From the NCBI RefSeq assembly GCF_017876815.1, contig NZ_JAGIOS010000001.1:1080001-1112000 (forward strand): 32,000 nucleotides of DNA, read 5' to 3'. Below are positions 1 through 9,333 of the stretch, piece after piece (position 1 is the stretch's first letter; each line of letters begins with the position of its first letter). Under the pieces are notes generated by a model, which saw nothing but the letters and a program-made list of their open reading frames with translations, made no database searches and was not told the DNA's origin. The translations under genes were made by a program, and so were the position numbers. This stretch comes from Sinorhizobium meliloti. Its GTDB lineage: Bacteria; Pseudomonadota; Alphaproteobacteria; Rhizobiales; Rhizobiaceae.

Positions 1-1443
1 GGAGAGGACGGCGAAACGGTCGTCTTCCTTGATGAGGCCCATGGCAATGCCGGCAACCGGCTTGGCGAGCGGAACGCCCGCGTCCATCAGTGCGAGCGAC
101 GTGCCGCAGACGGTTGCCATGGAGGACGAACCGTTGGACTCGGTGATCTCGGAAACGACGCGCAGCGTGTAGGGGAACTGTTCCGCGGTCGGCAGCATCG
201 GATGGATGGCGCGCCAGGCGAGCTTGCCGTGGCCGATTTCGCGGCGGCCCGGAGAACCCATGCGGCCGGTTTCACCGACCGAATAGGGCGGGAAGTTGTA
301 ATGCAGCATGAAGTTTTCCTTGTACATGCCAGTCAAGGAATCGACATACTGCTCGTCTTCGCCGGTGCCGAGCGTGGCAACGACGATCGCCTGCGTTTCA
401 CCGCGGGTAAAGAGCGCCGAACCGTGCGTGCGCGGCAGGATGCCGACTTCGGCGACGATCGGGCGAACCGTGACGAGGTCGCGGCCATCGATGCGGCTCT
501 TCGTGTCGAGGATGTTCCAGCGAACGATCTTGGCCTGCAGGTGCTTGAAGACAGCGGCAATCTCTTCGGCGGTATGGGCCGGGTTCTCGACGCCTTCCGG
601 CAGGAAATGCTCCTTGACCTTTGCCTTTACCGCATCGACGGCGGCATAGCGCGCGGCCTTCTCGGTGATCTTATAGGCGTTGCGCAGCTCGTCTTCGGCG
701 ATCGAGAGCATCGCATTTTCGAGAGCGGAGTGATCTTCCGGATTGAATTCGCGCGGCTCCTTGGCGGCAACTTCCGCAAGCCTGATGACAGCGTCGATCA
801 CCGGCTGGAAGCCCTTCTGGCCGAAAACGACGGCGCCGAGCATGACATCTTCCGGCAGCTCTTTCGCTTCCGATTCCACCATCAGCACCGCTTCCTGCGT
901 GCCGGCGACGACGAGGTCGAGCGTGGATTCGTCCATTTCGTCGAGATGCGGGTTGAGAACGTATTCGCCGTTGATGTAGCCGACGCGGGCACCGCCGACC
1001 GGACCCATGAAGGGAACGCCGGAAAGCGTCAATGCAGCGGATGCCGCAACCATCGCGACGACGTCCGGGTTGTTCTCGAGGTCATGCTGCATGACCGTGA
1101 TGATGACCTGGGTGTCGTTCTTGTAGCCGTCCGGGAAGAGCGGACGGATCGGCCGGTCGATCAGACGCGACACCAGCGTCTCGTTTTCGCTGGGGCGGCC
1201 CTCACGCTTGAAATAGCCGCCGGGGATCTTGCCCGCAGCGTAGGTCTTTTCCTGATAGTTGACGGTGAGCGGGAAGAAATCCTGGCCTGGCTTCGGTGCC
1301 TTCGCCGAAACCACCGTGGCGAGCACGACGGTTTCGCCGTAGGTCGCGAGAACGGCACCATCGGCCTGACGCGCGATTTTTCCGGTTTCGAGCTTGAGCG
1401 GACGCCCAGCCCATTCGATTTCTACCTTGTGTGTCTCGAACAT
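1..1443 (-). CDS. pnp: Polyribonucleotide nucleotidyltransferase (PNPase), N-terminal 481 codons; the 3' end runs off the left edge
   Basis: Not in the ORF track because no stop lies in the window. The reverse complement of 1384-1443 reads [20 protein letters not shown]. The reverse complement of 1-150 reads [50 protein letters not shown], a PNPase core. The frame is open to base 1. It lies downstream of rpsO, as in the conserved rpsO-pnp pair. Confidence 0.93.
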   Translation of the reverse strand, partial: MFETHKVEIEWAGRPLKLETGKIARQADGAVLATYGETVVLATVVSAKAPKPGQDFFPLTVNYQEKTYAAGKIPGGYFKREGRPSENETLVSRLIDRPIRPLFPDGYKNDTQVIITVMQHDLENNPDVVAMVAASAALTLSGVPFMGPVGGARVGYINGEYVLNPHLDEMDESTLDLVVAGTQEAVLMVESEAKELPEDVMLGAVVFGQKGFQPVIDAVIRLAEVAAKEPREFNPEDHSALENAMLSIAEDELRNAYKITEKAARYAAVDAVKAKVKEHFLPEGVENPAHTAEEIAAVFKHLQAKIVRWNILDTKSRIDGRDLVTVRPIVAEVGILPRTHGSALFTRGETQAIVVATLGTGEDEQYVDSLTGMYKENFMLHYNFPPYSVGETGRMGSPGRREIGHGKLAWRAIHPMLPTAEQFPYTLRVVSEITESNGSSSMATVCGTSLALMDAGVPLAKPVAGIAMGLIKEDDRFAVLS

Positions 1444-1764
1444 GTTCTGTCCTTCGTGTGCGACAGACCTTCCGCGGCTCATAAAGCGCGGGCGATCTCA
1501 AAGCCGCCTGGTGGCGCATCACGGGCAAGACAACGGGAGGCTTCAAAGAAAACCGGCCGCATACCGCTTTGCCGCGCTGCGTATAGCAGCCGCTTCGGCA
1601 AGCAGGCGCCGAAGCATCCTGCAATCCTGCCCCATGACGGGCCATTGGTTGATCCGCGATCCCGGCCCACCCGGTCCGCTGGACGGTTGCGCGTCCGATA
1701 AGACGCGCGGCGCTGTGGCGCCCTTTACAATACCCTAGGCTTTTTGAAGAGCGCACGGGCTGCA

Positions 1765-1801
1765 GAAAAAAAGCCGGCGGGTTGCCGAGGCAACCCGCCG
1801 G
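1765..1801 (-). terminator. Rho-independent terminator after rpsO
   Basis: Inverted repeat GCCGGCGGGTTGCC / GGCAACCCGCCGG (1773-1801). On the minus strand it is followed by a U-run (plus-strand A8 at 1765-1772). It starts about 10 nt after the rpsO stop. Confidence 0.8.
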
Positions 1802-1810
1802 ACCAGTCGT

Positions 1811-2080
1811 TTAGCGACGGATGCCCAGGGCACCGATCAGCTTGGTGTAGCGCGCCTCGTCCTTCTTCTTCAGATAGTCGAGGAGCGACCGCCGGCTGGA
1901 AACCAGCGCGAGGAGGCCACGTCGGGAGTGATTGTCCTTCTTGTGGTCCTTGAAGTGTTCGGTCAGGTTGTTGATCCGTTCCGTCAGGATAGCAACCTGA
2001 ACTTCCGGAGAACCGGTGTCGCCTTCTACGGTTGCGAATTCCTTGATGATCTGAGCTTTGCGCTCTGCAGTAACCGACAT
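1811..2080 (-). CDS. rpsO: 30S ribosomal protein S15
   Basis: 89-aa [60 protein letters not shown]..., a canonical S15 sequence of canonical length. AAGGA Shine-Dalgarno upstream. Confidence 0.97.
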   Translation of the reverse strand: MSVTAERKAQIIKEFATVEGDTGSPEVQVAILTERINNLTEHFKDHKKDNHSRRGLLALVSSRRSLLDYLKKKDEARYTKLIGALGIRR

Positions 2081-2318
2081 CGTTTGATCCTTTCGTTCGA
2101 GGATTTGAGGGTCGCCGGCAGCCGGGATGTCGTCCAGCTACGGCCGTTCGCACGAAGAGGCGGCGCCTTTCGCTGGCGTGCCTATAACCGAATCCGTTCC
2201 AAAAGGAAAGGGTCATGAAAGCGCTGCGCGGCACCGCCTCCCGCGCACCGTCAATTCCGATTGCGCACGGATGCTCCGGCATCCATTTGAGGTGGTTTGC
2301 TGCAGGACGATCCGCCTC

Positions 2319-4037
2319 TCAACCGCCTGCCTCCTGCGAGGAATGATCCTTGCCGCGCGGGATGCGTATCCGCCATTCGATGCCATCCGCATGCATCGTC
2401 CTTTCCAGCTCCGCACGAAGCGCCAGGCCGAGCATGCGCTCGAGCACGACCGTGCCGAAGCCTCTGCGGGCCTTCTTCCCCGAAGGCGCGACGATATCGG
2501 CACCGCTCTCGCGCCAGCGGATATCGATCGCACCCTCCCCCACCGACCACTCGACCTTGATCATGCCGGTCTGGTTGGCGAGCGCACCATGCTTTATGGC
2601 GTTGGTAGCCAGTTCATGCAGCGCCATGCCGAGGGTCTGCGCCATCTGCGCGTCCAGCCGCAGGGCAGGTCCGCTGAGCACGACGCGGTCGGACTCGGCC
2701 GGCATGAACGGCTGAAGCTGGTTGCGCACGAGCTCGCGGAAGTCGACTCCGGAGGCGGCGTTCGCCACCATGAGGTCGGTCGAGCGCGCGAGGCCCGCAA
2801 GGCGCTTGCGAAACGCCTCGACGAAATCCGACGGCTCCTCCGCCGAATTGGCCGACTGCGCCAGCATCGACTGGATGACGGTGAGCTGATTCTTCGCCCG
2901 ATGCGCGACCTCCCGCATCAGCAGGCGGATTTCGCTTTCGGCCTTGGCGCGGGCGGTAGCAGCGCTTGCGAGGGCGGTGGATACCGCTTCGACTTCAGTG
3001 ATCATGTAGCGGCGCGGTTCGACCGGCTCGCCCGCTCCCAGCCGCCGGGCATCCATGGCCAACAGCCGGACACCCTGCGTGAGCAGCCGCGCAATGGTCA
3101 ACGAACCGGCGACCGCGATGCTTGCGAAGATGATCCCACCGAAGGACAGCCAGAGGAACGACCAAAGCATCGGCTGATCGACGATCTCGCTCGGCGCCCA
3201 GGCGACGATGCGCCAGCCGGTCACCACCGAAAACTCCGACGCGACGCGGTAGTCGACGCCGCCGGCACTGATATTGCCGACACCGATGCTGATCAACGGC
3301 AATTCGTCGAGAAAGAACGGGTCGCCGGACTTCACCGAGGAGTCCGAGGAGACGATGACCCTGCCTTTGCCGTCGACGAGCGCGGCATTCCATCCGGGAG
3401 AAAGCGTGTCACGATTGACGGCCCTCGTCATCCGCTCGGCATCCTGCCTGAGGCCCAGCAGATACTTCTTTCCGTCGGGCGTCGTCACCGGAAGATAGAC
3501 GGTGAAGACCCAGCCCCTGCCCACTTCGGATGGAAACACGCCCGAGACAAGCGGCGCCGTACTCTGCAAAGCGAGATCGATCTCCGGATCCGATGCCCGC
3601 CCGAGCGGCGTACCGAAAGGAACGCGGGTGCTCAGAAGAAGGTCGTGGTTGCCGTCGACGATGATCAGGTGGGAATCGGTGTCCGCCAATGCGACCGATG
3701 CCCGTTCGTAGAGACCTCGCATGTCGGCGAGATCGACGGCGCCGGATTTCGCCAGGACCCGAAGCGTCGTCAGCATGCCGTCGACCTCGCGCTCGACAAT
3801 GCGTGTGACCGACCCGGTAGAGGCGCGCAGCAGAGAAGTGACTTCCTCTCTCTGCGCGTCCAAATTGCGCTGCAGGATGACAAAGGAAAAGATGAAGGGC
3901 GGTATGATGGCTATCAGCAGCAGCGAAATCAGATAGAAGCTGAACGGCCGGCGAAGATAGTCGCGGACGAAGCCGGCGGCGGCCTGCAGGCTGCCCGATG
4001 AAGCATCTTCCCGGCTCTTCTCTGACGCTTCGACCAT
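2319..4037 (-). CDS. Membrane sensor histidine kinase, HWE/HisKA_2 type, with a large extracytoplasmic (Cache-like) sensor region
   Basis: 572-aa ORF. TM1 is FYLISLLLIAIIPPFIFSFVIL, followed by about 250 aa of extracytoplasmic region, then TM2 LWSFLWLSFGGIIFASIAVAGSL. H-box EVAHRAKNQLTVIQSML, N-box HELATNAIKHGA and an IRWRESG (W-x-E) motif are present. No response regulator gene is adjacent. Exact start not verified. Confidence 0.85.
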   Translation of the reverse strand: MVEASEKSREDASSGSLQAAAGFVRDYLRRPFSFYLISLLLIAIIPPFIFSFVILQRNLDAQREEVTSLLRASTGSVTRIVEREVDGMLTTLRVLAKSGAVDLADMRGLYERASVALADTDSHLIIVDGNHDLLLSTRVPFGTPLGRASDPEIDLALQSTAPLVSGVFPSEVGRGWVFTVYLPVTTPDGKKYLLGLRQDAERMTRAVNRDTLSPGWNAALVDGKGRVIVSSDSSVKSGDPFFLDELPLISIGVGNISAGGVDYRVASEFSVVTGWRIVAWAPSEIVDQPMLWSFLWLSFGGIIFASIAVAGSLTIARLLTQGVRLLAMDARRLGAGEPVEPRRYMITEVEAVSTALASAATARAKAESEIRLLMREVAHRAKNQLTVIQSMLAQSANSAEEPSDFVEAFRKRLAGLARSTDLMVANAASGVDFRELVRNQLQPFMPAESDRVVLSGPALRLDAQMAQTLGMALHELATNAIKHGALANQTGMIKVEWSVGEGAIDIRWRESGADIVAPSGKKARRGFGTVVLERMLGLALRAELERTMHADGIEWRIRIPRGKDHSSQEAGG

Positions 4038-4205
4038 ATTTTACCGCCTCTACCGATCACTACCGCGTTTTGCCGGAGCGGGTACCATGCGCTTCCTGCC
4101 CGCCGCCCCCGTTCCAGATTTCCCGAGCGCAGCCGGCAGCCCATGGCAACATGGGCTCCGGCGCACAACGAGTATACGCCGCGTCTGCCGCTCCGCTCGA
4201 CTTTA

Positions 4206-4315
4206 GATCACGATGATTCAGTTCGGGTCGACCTGAATCATGAACGTGATCGATTCTAGCAAGTTAGAGCGGAATGCGGGCGGAAAACCGCACGCACTTC
4301 CTCATCCCGCTCTAA
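4206..4315. repeat. Two adjacent imperfect palindromes (rhizobial intergenic repeat-like element) in the truB-kinase spacer
   Basis: GATCACG-ATGATTCAG (4206-4221) pairs with CTGAATCAT-GAACGTGATC (4233-4251). TTAGAGCGG (4264-4272) pairs with CCGCTCTAA (4307-4315) and encloses the inner hairpin GCGGGCGG-AAAA-CCGCACGC. The stretch is locally AT-richer than its flanks. Confidence 0.6.
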
Positions 4316-4345
4316 ACGCGTGAGATCGGTTTTCGACCAGCAGGA

Positions 4346-5281
4346 TTATTGGGTGGCGAAAACTCGCTTCGGCCGGAACTCGCCCTCGGCGATTTCGCCG
4401 ATCGCCACGAGCTTGCCTTGGGCCGTGGCATAGGCCTCTGGCGTGGGCAGCGGAGCGTCGCGTCCACGCAGGATGATCGGGTTGCCCATCCGCAGCCGGT
4501 GCGCCTGGTCGTCATTGACGGCGATATGCGGCAGGTCGGACAGGGCCTCTCCCGTGTCGATCAGATACGCGTCGAGCGCGGCGAGACGTTCCGCATCGTC
4601 CTCGATCGCCTCCAGGGCGACGAGATCGGCGAGCGGTACCATGTCCTCCTCGCCGAAGGGGGCGACGAAGGTTCGGCGCAGCGACGCGATATGGCCGAAG
4701 CAGCCGAGATCGCGGCCCATGTCGCGGGCGAGCGAACGGACATAGGTGCCCTTGCCGCATTCGATCTCGAAATGAGCGAGATTCGGAGCCGATCCGATGA
4801 GCGACAGACGGAAGACCTCCACCTCGCGCGCCGGAATCTCGACGGTTTCGCCGTCGCGGGCGAGATCATAGGCGCGCTCGCCGCCGATCTTGATCGCGGA
4901 GAACTGCGGCGGCACCTGCGCGATCACGCCGGTATATTTCGGCAGCAGGGCGCGGATCGCCTCTTCCTCCGGACGCGCGGCGGAAGAGCGGACGGCTTCG
5001 CCTTCGAGATCGTCGGTGGAGCGCTCCTCGCCCCAGGCCACCGTGAATTCGTAGATCTTGCGGCCGTCCATGACGTAGGGAACGGTTTTCGTCGCGTCGC
5101 CGAGCGCGATCGGCAGCATGCCGGAGGCGAGCGGATCGAGCGTGCCCGCATGGCCCGCCTTCTGCGCCTTGAACAGCCACTTGATCTTGGATACGGCCTC
5201 GGTCGAACCGAAATCGAGGGGTTTGTCGAGGATCAGCCATCCCGAAATCGGGCGGCCCTTCGGTTTGCGGGGTCTGGACAT
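4346..5281 (-). CDS. truB: tRNA pseudouridine(55) synthase TruB
   Basis: 311-aa ORF with [10 protein letters not shown]...[19 protein letters not shown] (catalytic Asp motif) and a C-terminal PUA-like region. Conserved position after rbfA. Confidence 0.95.
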   Translation of the reverse strand: MSRPRKPKGRPISGWLILDKPLDFGSTEAVSKIKWLFKAQKAGHAGTLDPLASGMLPIALGDATKTVPYVMDGRKIYEFTVAWGEERSTDDLEGEAVRSSAARPEEEAIRALLPKYTGVIAQVPPQFSAIKIGGERAYDLARDGETVEIPAREVEVFRLSLIGSAPNLAHFEIECGKGTYVRSLARDMGRDLGCFGHIASLRRTFVAPFGEEDMVPLADLVALEAIEDDAERLAALDAYLIDTGEALSDLPHIAVNDDQAHRLRMGNPIILRGRDAPLPTPEAYATAQGKLVAIGEIAEGEFRPKRVFATQ

Positions 5282-5293
5282 TGGTTCTGTCGC

Positions 5294-5701
5294 TTACTCT
5301 TCGTCGTCGGCGTCGCGATCGAGGTCGCGACTGACCTCCGGCGAGCGCAGCAGCGAGTCGATCTTCTGATAGTTGTCGAAGCTGGTATCGTCCCGGAACC
5401 GGACGTCCGGCATGTATTTCATCTGCCGCAATTGCGGGCCGAGCCGTCCGCGGATGAATTTCGCATGCTTGTTCAGCGCTTCGATGACCGCCGCGTGGTC
5501 GGCGACCCCGAGTGGGGTCACATAGGCCGTGGCGATCTTCAGATCGGGCGACATGCGCACTTCGGAAATGGAAATCACCGTATTTTCGATCAGCGGATCG
5601 AGTACTTCACCGCGCTGCAGCACCTGCGTGATCGCTGCGCGCACCTGTTCACCGACGCGCAGCATGCGCTGGGACGGAGCGGAGGATGTGGATTTGGCCA
5701 T
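5294..5701 (-). CDS. rbfA: Ribosome-binding factor A
   Basis: 135-aa ORF ...[54 protein letters not shown]..., typical RbfA. It ends 12 nt upstream of the truB start. Confidence 0.93.
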   Translation of the reverse strand: MAKSTSSAPSQRMLRVGEQVRAAITQVLQRGEVLDPLIENTVISISEVRMSPDLKIATAYVTPLGVADHAAVIEALNKHAKFIRGRLGPQLRQMKYMPDVRFRDDTSFDNYQKIDSLLRSPEVSRDLDRDADDEE

Positions 5702-5803
5702 CGTTTCACCCTGGACCGCGCCGATCGGACCGTATCAAGCCCCATCGAAACGCGATCGGTTCCAACATGCGAGAGGCGGGCGGCGTCGCGCGCCTTCTCA
5801 CTC

Positions 5804-5840
5804 AAAAAAAAGCGAGCGCCGGAGCCGATCCGGCGCTCGC
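5804..5840 (-). terminator. Intrinsic terminator or attenuator between infB and rbfA
   Basis: Perfect 11-bp stem GCGAGCGCCGG / CCGGCGCTCGC (5812-5822 / 5830-5840) with a 7-nt loop. On the minus strand it is followed by U8 (plus-strand A8 at 5804-5811). It starts about 20 nt after the infB stop. Confidence 0.8.
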
Positions 5841-5860
5841 CAATACCCTGCCGGATCGGA

Positions 5861-8530
5861 TCAGAGCGTCCGCGTGACGTGTTCGACGCGGAAGCACTCG
5901 ATCGTGTCGCCGGCACGGATGTCCTCGTAGTTCTCGAAGGCCATACCGCATTCCTGGCCGGACTGGACCTCGGAGACCTCGTCCTTGAAGCGCTTGAGCG
6001 TCTTGAGCTTGCCTTCGTGGATGACGACGTTGTCGCGTACCAGACGGACGCCGACGCCACGTTCGACCTTGCCCTCGGTAACGCGGCAACCCGCGACCTT
6101 GCCGACCTTGGTGATGTTGAACACCTCCAGGATCTCGGCATTGCCGAGGAAGGTCTCGCGCCGCTCCGGCGACAAGAGACCGGACATCGCCGCCTTCACG
6201 TCATCCACCAGGTCGTAGATGATGTTGTAGTAGCGGATCTCGATGCCGGCACGCTCGGACGCATCCCGCGCCTGCTTGTTGGCACGGACGTTGAAGCCGA
6301 TGATGGCAGCGTTCGAAGCTTCCGCAAGCGAGACGTCCGACTCGGTGATGCCGCCGGCACCCGAATGAACGATGCGGGCGCGCACTTCGTCGGTGCCGAG
6401 CTTGTCCAGGGCGCCGGAAATCGCTTCGATCGAGCCCTGCACGTCGCCCTTGATGACCAGCGGGAACTCCTTGACGCCGGAGGTCTGGAGCTGGGTCATC
6501 ATCTGCTCGAGCGAACCGCGCGAACCGGACTGGCGGGCAACCGCCTTCTCGCGGGCGAGCCGCTGGCGATATTCCGAGATCTCGCGCGCCCGGCTCTCGC
6601 TCTCGACGACGGCGAAGCGATCGCCCGCAGCCGGCGTTCCGGAGAGACCGAGAACCTCGACCGGTGTCGATGGCCCGGCGGCCTTCACATGTTCGCCCTT
6701 GTCGTTGACGAGTGCGCGCACGCGGCCCCACTGGTCGCCCGCAACGATGATCTGGCCCGGAGTGAGGGTACCCTTCTGTACGAGGACGGTCGCAACCGCA
6801 CCGCGGCCTCGGTCGAGCTCGGCTTCCACCACCGTGCCTTCGGCCGTCCGGTTCGGATTGGCCTTGAGATCGAGGATTTCGGACTGCAGCAGGATCGCCT
6901 CGAGCAGCTTGTCGAGGTTGGTCTGGTTCTTCGCCGAAACCTCGACGTCGAGAACCTCACCGCCCATGGATTCGACGAAGACCTCGTGCTGCAGCAGCTC
7001 GGTGCGGACCTTCTGCGGATTCGCGGACGGCTTGTCGATCTTGTTGATCGCCACGATGATCGGAACGCCGGCCGCCTTGGCATGGTTGATCGACTCGATC
7101 GTCTGCGGCATCACGCTGTCATCGGCCGCGACGACGAGGACGGCGATGTCCGTCGCCTGGGCGCCGCGGGCGCGCATGGCCGTAAAGGCCGCGTGGCCGG
7201 GCGTGTCGATGAAGGTGATCTTCTGGCCGTTCTGCTCGACCTGGTAGGCACCGATGTGCTGCGTGATGCCGCCTGCCTCGCCGGCAACCACGTTGGCGTG
7301 GCGGATGGCGTCGAGCAGCGACGTCTTGCCGTGGTCGACGTGACCCATGATCGTCACGATCGGCGGCCGCGACTGCATGTCGTCGTCCACGTCGGAGATG
7401 TTGAAGATGCCTTCCTCGACGTCCGATTCGGAAACGCGCTTGACCGTGTGGCCGAATTCGCCGGCGATGAGCTCCGCGAGATCGGCGTCGATCAGGTCGC
7501 CGGGCTTCATCATCTGGCCTTCCTTCATCAGGAATTTGATGACGTCGACCGCGCGCTCGGACATGCGCTGCGACAGTTCCTGAATCGTGATGGTTTCCGG
7601 CAGGACGACTTCGCGGGAGATCTTCTCGCGCGTTTCCTGCATCTGGCTGCGCTTGAACTTCTCCTGGCGGCGGCGCATCGCTGAAAGCGAACGGCCGCGC
7701 TGGCTGCCATCCTCGTCGACGGCAGCCGTCGTAAGCGTCAGCTTGCCCTGGCGTCGGCCCTCGTCACCCTTTGCACGGGGAGCAGGCTTTGCCGGCTCCG
7801 GACGCACGACCTTGCCGCGGGGAGCACCGGCACCGCTGCGGCGGCGTTCGTCTTCCTCGCTCTCGGTCCCGCGGCGGCCGCGAAGTGCTGCACCGTCCGG
7901 CGCCGCCGGCGTTGCAGCCGGAGCCGCGCGTCCCGGCTGCGGGCGCGTCTCGGCACGACGTTCGCCGACTGCGGGACTTGCAGCCTCGACCTTCTCCTCG
8001 GTCTTTTCAGCCTCTACTGGCGGACGTGCGGCCTCTTCGGCGGCACGGCGCGCGGCCTCTTCCTTCTCGCGGGCGAGACGCTCTTCCTCTTCGCGACGGC
8101 GGCGCACTTCGTCCTCGGCGCGGCGTTTGGCTTCCTCGGCGTCGCGAATCTGGGCTTCCGCCAGGGCGCGACGGCGGGCTTCCATCTCACCGGCAGAGAG
8201 ATCGTTCAGGACAACACCGCCGCGGGGGCGGTTCTGTTCCTGGCGCGGCTGATGCGGCTGCGGCTGAGGAGCCGGACGACCCGAGGGCTGCGGCGGCATC
8301 GGACGCTGCTCGGCCGGGCGGGCGGCAGGCGTCGCGGCAACCGGCGTGATCGGGCGCTCGTCCTTGTGCTTCAGCGGGCCGCGCGTTCTCTTGGTCTCGA
8401 CCACGACCGCCTTGGTGCGACCGCGGCCCATATCCTGACGCACCGTACCCTGTGTCACCCCGGAGGGCTTCAGGGTCAGCGTCTTCTTGCCCGCTACGCT
8501 GAGTGTCTTGTCGTCTTTGTTGTCCGTCAT
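5861..8530 (-). CDS. infB: Translation initiation factor IF-2
   Basis: 889-aa ORF. The N-terminus is charged and Pro/Arg/Glu-rich. G-domain motifs [19 protein letters not shown] and NKID are present, and the C-terminus is conserved (...[16 protein letters not shown]). Confidence 0.97.
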   Translation of the reverse strand: MTDNKDDKTLSVAGKKTLTLKPSGVTQGTVRQDMGRGRTKAVVVETKRTRGPLKHKDERPITPVAATPAARPAEQRPMPPQPSGRPAPQPQPHQPRQEQNRPRGGVVLNDLSAGEMEARRRALAEAQIRDAEEAKRRAEDEVRRRREEEERLAREKEEAARRAAEEAARPPVEAEKTEEKVEAASPAVGERRAETRPQPGRAAPAATPAAPDGAALRGRRGTESEEDERRRSGAGAPRGKVVRPEPAKPAPRAKGDEGRRQGKLTLTTAAVDEDGSQRGRSLSAMRRRQEKFKRSQMQETREKISREVVLPETITIQELSQRMSERAVDVIKFLMKEGQMMKPGDLIDADLAELIAGEFGHTVKRVSESDVEEGIFNISDVDDDMQSRPPIVTIMGHVDHGKTSLLDAIRHANVVAGEAGGITQHIGAYQVEQNGQKITFIDTPGHAAFTAMRARGAQATDIAVLVVAADDSVMPQTIESINHAKAAGVPIIVAINKIDKPSANPQKVRTELLQHEVFVESMGGEVLDVEVSAKNQTNLDKLLEAILLQSEILDLKANPNRTAEGTVVEAELDRGRGAVATVLVQKGTLTPGQIIVAGDQWGRVRALVNDKGEHVKAAGPSTPVEVLGLSGTPAAGDRFAVVESESRAREISEYRQRLAREKAVARQSGSRGSLEQMMTQLQTSGVKEFPLVIKGDVQGSIEAISGALDKLGTDEVRARIVHSGAGGITESDVSLAEASNAAIIGFNVRANKQARDASERAGIEIRYYNIIYDLVDDVKAAMSGLLSPERRETFLGNAEILEVFNITKVGKVAGCRVTEGKVERGVGVRLVRDNVVIHEGKLKTLKRFKDEVSEVQSGQECGMAFENYEDIRAGDTIECFRVEHVTRTL

Positions 8531-8635
8531 TCCGTTCCGTTCCTAGCGATCAGGGCCGGATACGAAACCCCTGACCCTGTCTTCCAAATTGTCTCAAACA
8601 ATGCTCGCTATGCCGGCCTCTGCCGGTGACGCGCT

Positions 8636-9328
8636 TCATTGCTGTGGCTTGCCAGCGCCGCCTTCGGCCCGGACCGGGACGGATCCTCGGTACTTTTCGA
8701 GCATGATTGCGCGCTTCACTACACCTTCACCGGCCTGCCCTGCAAGCGCTGCGGCATGGATAAAGGCATTACTTCCCAAAAGTCCCTCCATTTCCGCCCC
8801 CGTGAAGGGGCGGAAAGCGGGTATTTCCGTTTCGTCCTCGCTGACGAAGCTCATCGCCTTGCGGGCCTGATCGATCTTGCGGACGCCATCCGCGGCCGCA
8901 TCGATCGCATGAAAGACAGCTAGCGCGGCAAGGCCGCGCACCGCCTGCTCCGTCTTCGTCGCGCCGGAGATGAACTGGCCCGCCTTGCGCGCCATGTTCA
9001 TCATGCCCGCGAGCTGCTCGGCGAGAAGTCTCTCGACCTCGTCCGCGAGCCCGGCATTCGCCTTTACTTCGGCGCGAAGAGCGCGGGCGAAGAGCTTCTT
9101 CGCCACCGCTTTTTCCACGAGCTGCCGCTCGGACTTGACCCAGCATCCGCGCCCCGGGAGCTGCCGCTTCAGATCCGCGACGACGACGCCGTCGGGTCCG
9201 GCGACGAAGCGGATCAACTCTTCAGGAGAGCCGCTCTCACGCGTGACGATGCAGGTCCGGTTGTTGCCGTTCCGGTCCTTCGGACCCTTGTCCGCAGGCA
9301 GGCTGTCGGCATCGATCTCGACGATCAT
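8636..9328 (-). CDS. RNA-binding protein: YlxR (DUF448)-like N-terminal domain fused to an L7Ae/YlxQ-like C-terminal domain
   Basis: 230-aa ORF with RTCIVTRESGSPEELIRFVAGPDGVVVADLKRQLPGRGCWV (YlxR signature). The C-terminal part is MARKAGQFISGATKTEQAVRGLAALAVFHAIDAAADGVRKI (L7Ae-like). It starts 5 nt after the nusA stop, at the conserved nusA-ylxR-infB position. Confidence 0.85.
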   Translation of the reverse strand: MIVEIDADSLPADKGPKDRNGNNRTCIVTRESGSPEELIRFVAGPDGVVVADLKRQLPGRGCWVKSERQLVEKAVAKKLFARALRAEVKANAGLADEVERLLAEQLAGMMNMARKAGQFISGATKTEQAVRGLAALAVFHAIDAAADGVRKIDQARKAMSFVSEDETEIPAFRPFTGAEMEGLLGSNAFIHAAALAGQAGEGVVKRAIMLEKYRGSVPVRAEGGAGKPQQ

Positions 9329-9333
9329 CGCGA

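Noticed and set aside
202-1701. 499-aa plus-strand ORF over the pnp region
   Set aside because: It is antisense to the PNPase coding frame, which translates into canonical PNPase sequence. It has no motifs and is a typical GC-rich shadow ORF.
2269-2284. Perfect hairpin GGATGC-TCCG-GCATCC downstream of the kinase stop as its terminator
   Set aside because: No U-tract follows on the minus strand, and a 6-bp stem alone is too weak to call a terminator.
2127-4001. 624-aa plus-strand ORF opposite the histidine kinase
   Set aside because: The minus-strand frame has TM helices plus H-, N- and HWE boxes. The plus-strand product is Arg/Asp-rich and featureless.
4349-7684. 1111-aa plus-strand ORF spanning truB, rbfA and infB
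   Set aside because: It is a shadow frame of a high-GC region. It runs antisense to three genes with unmistakable conserved products. Its composition is Arg/Asp/Ala/Gly/Leu-rich with no recognisable motif. It also crosses intergenic spacers, which is not expected for a real gene.
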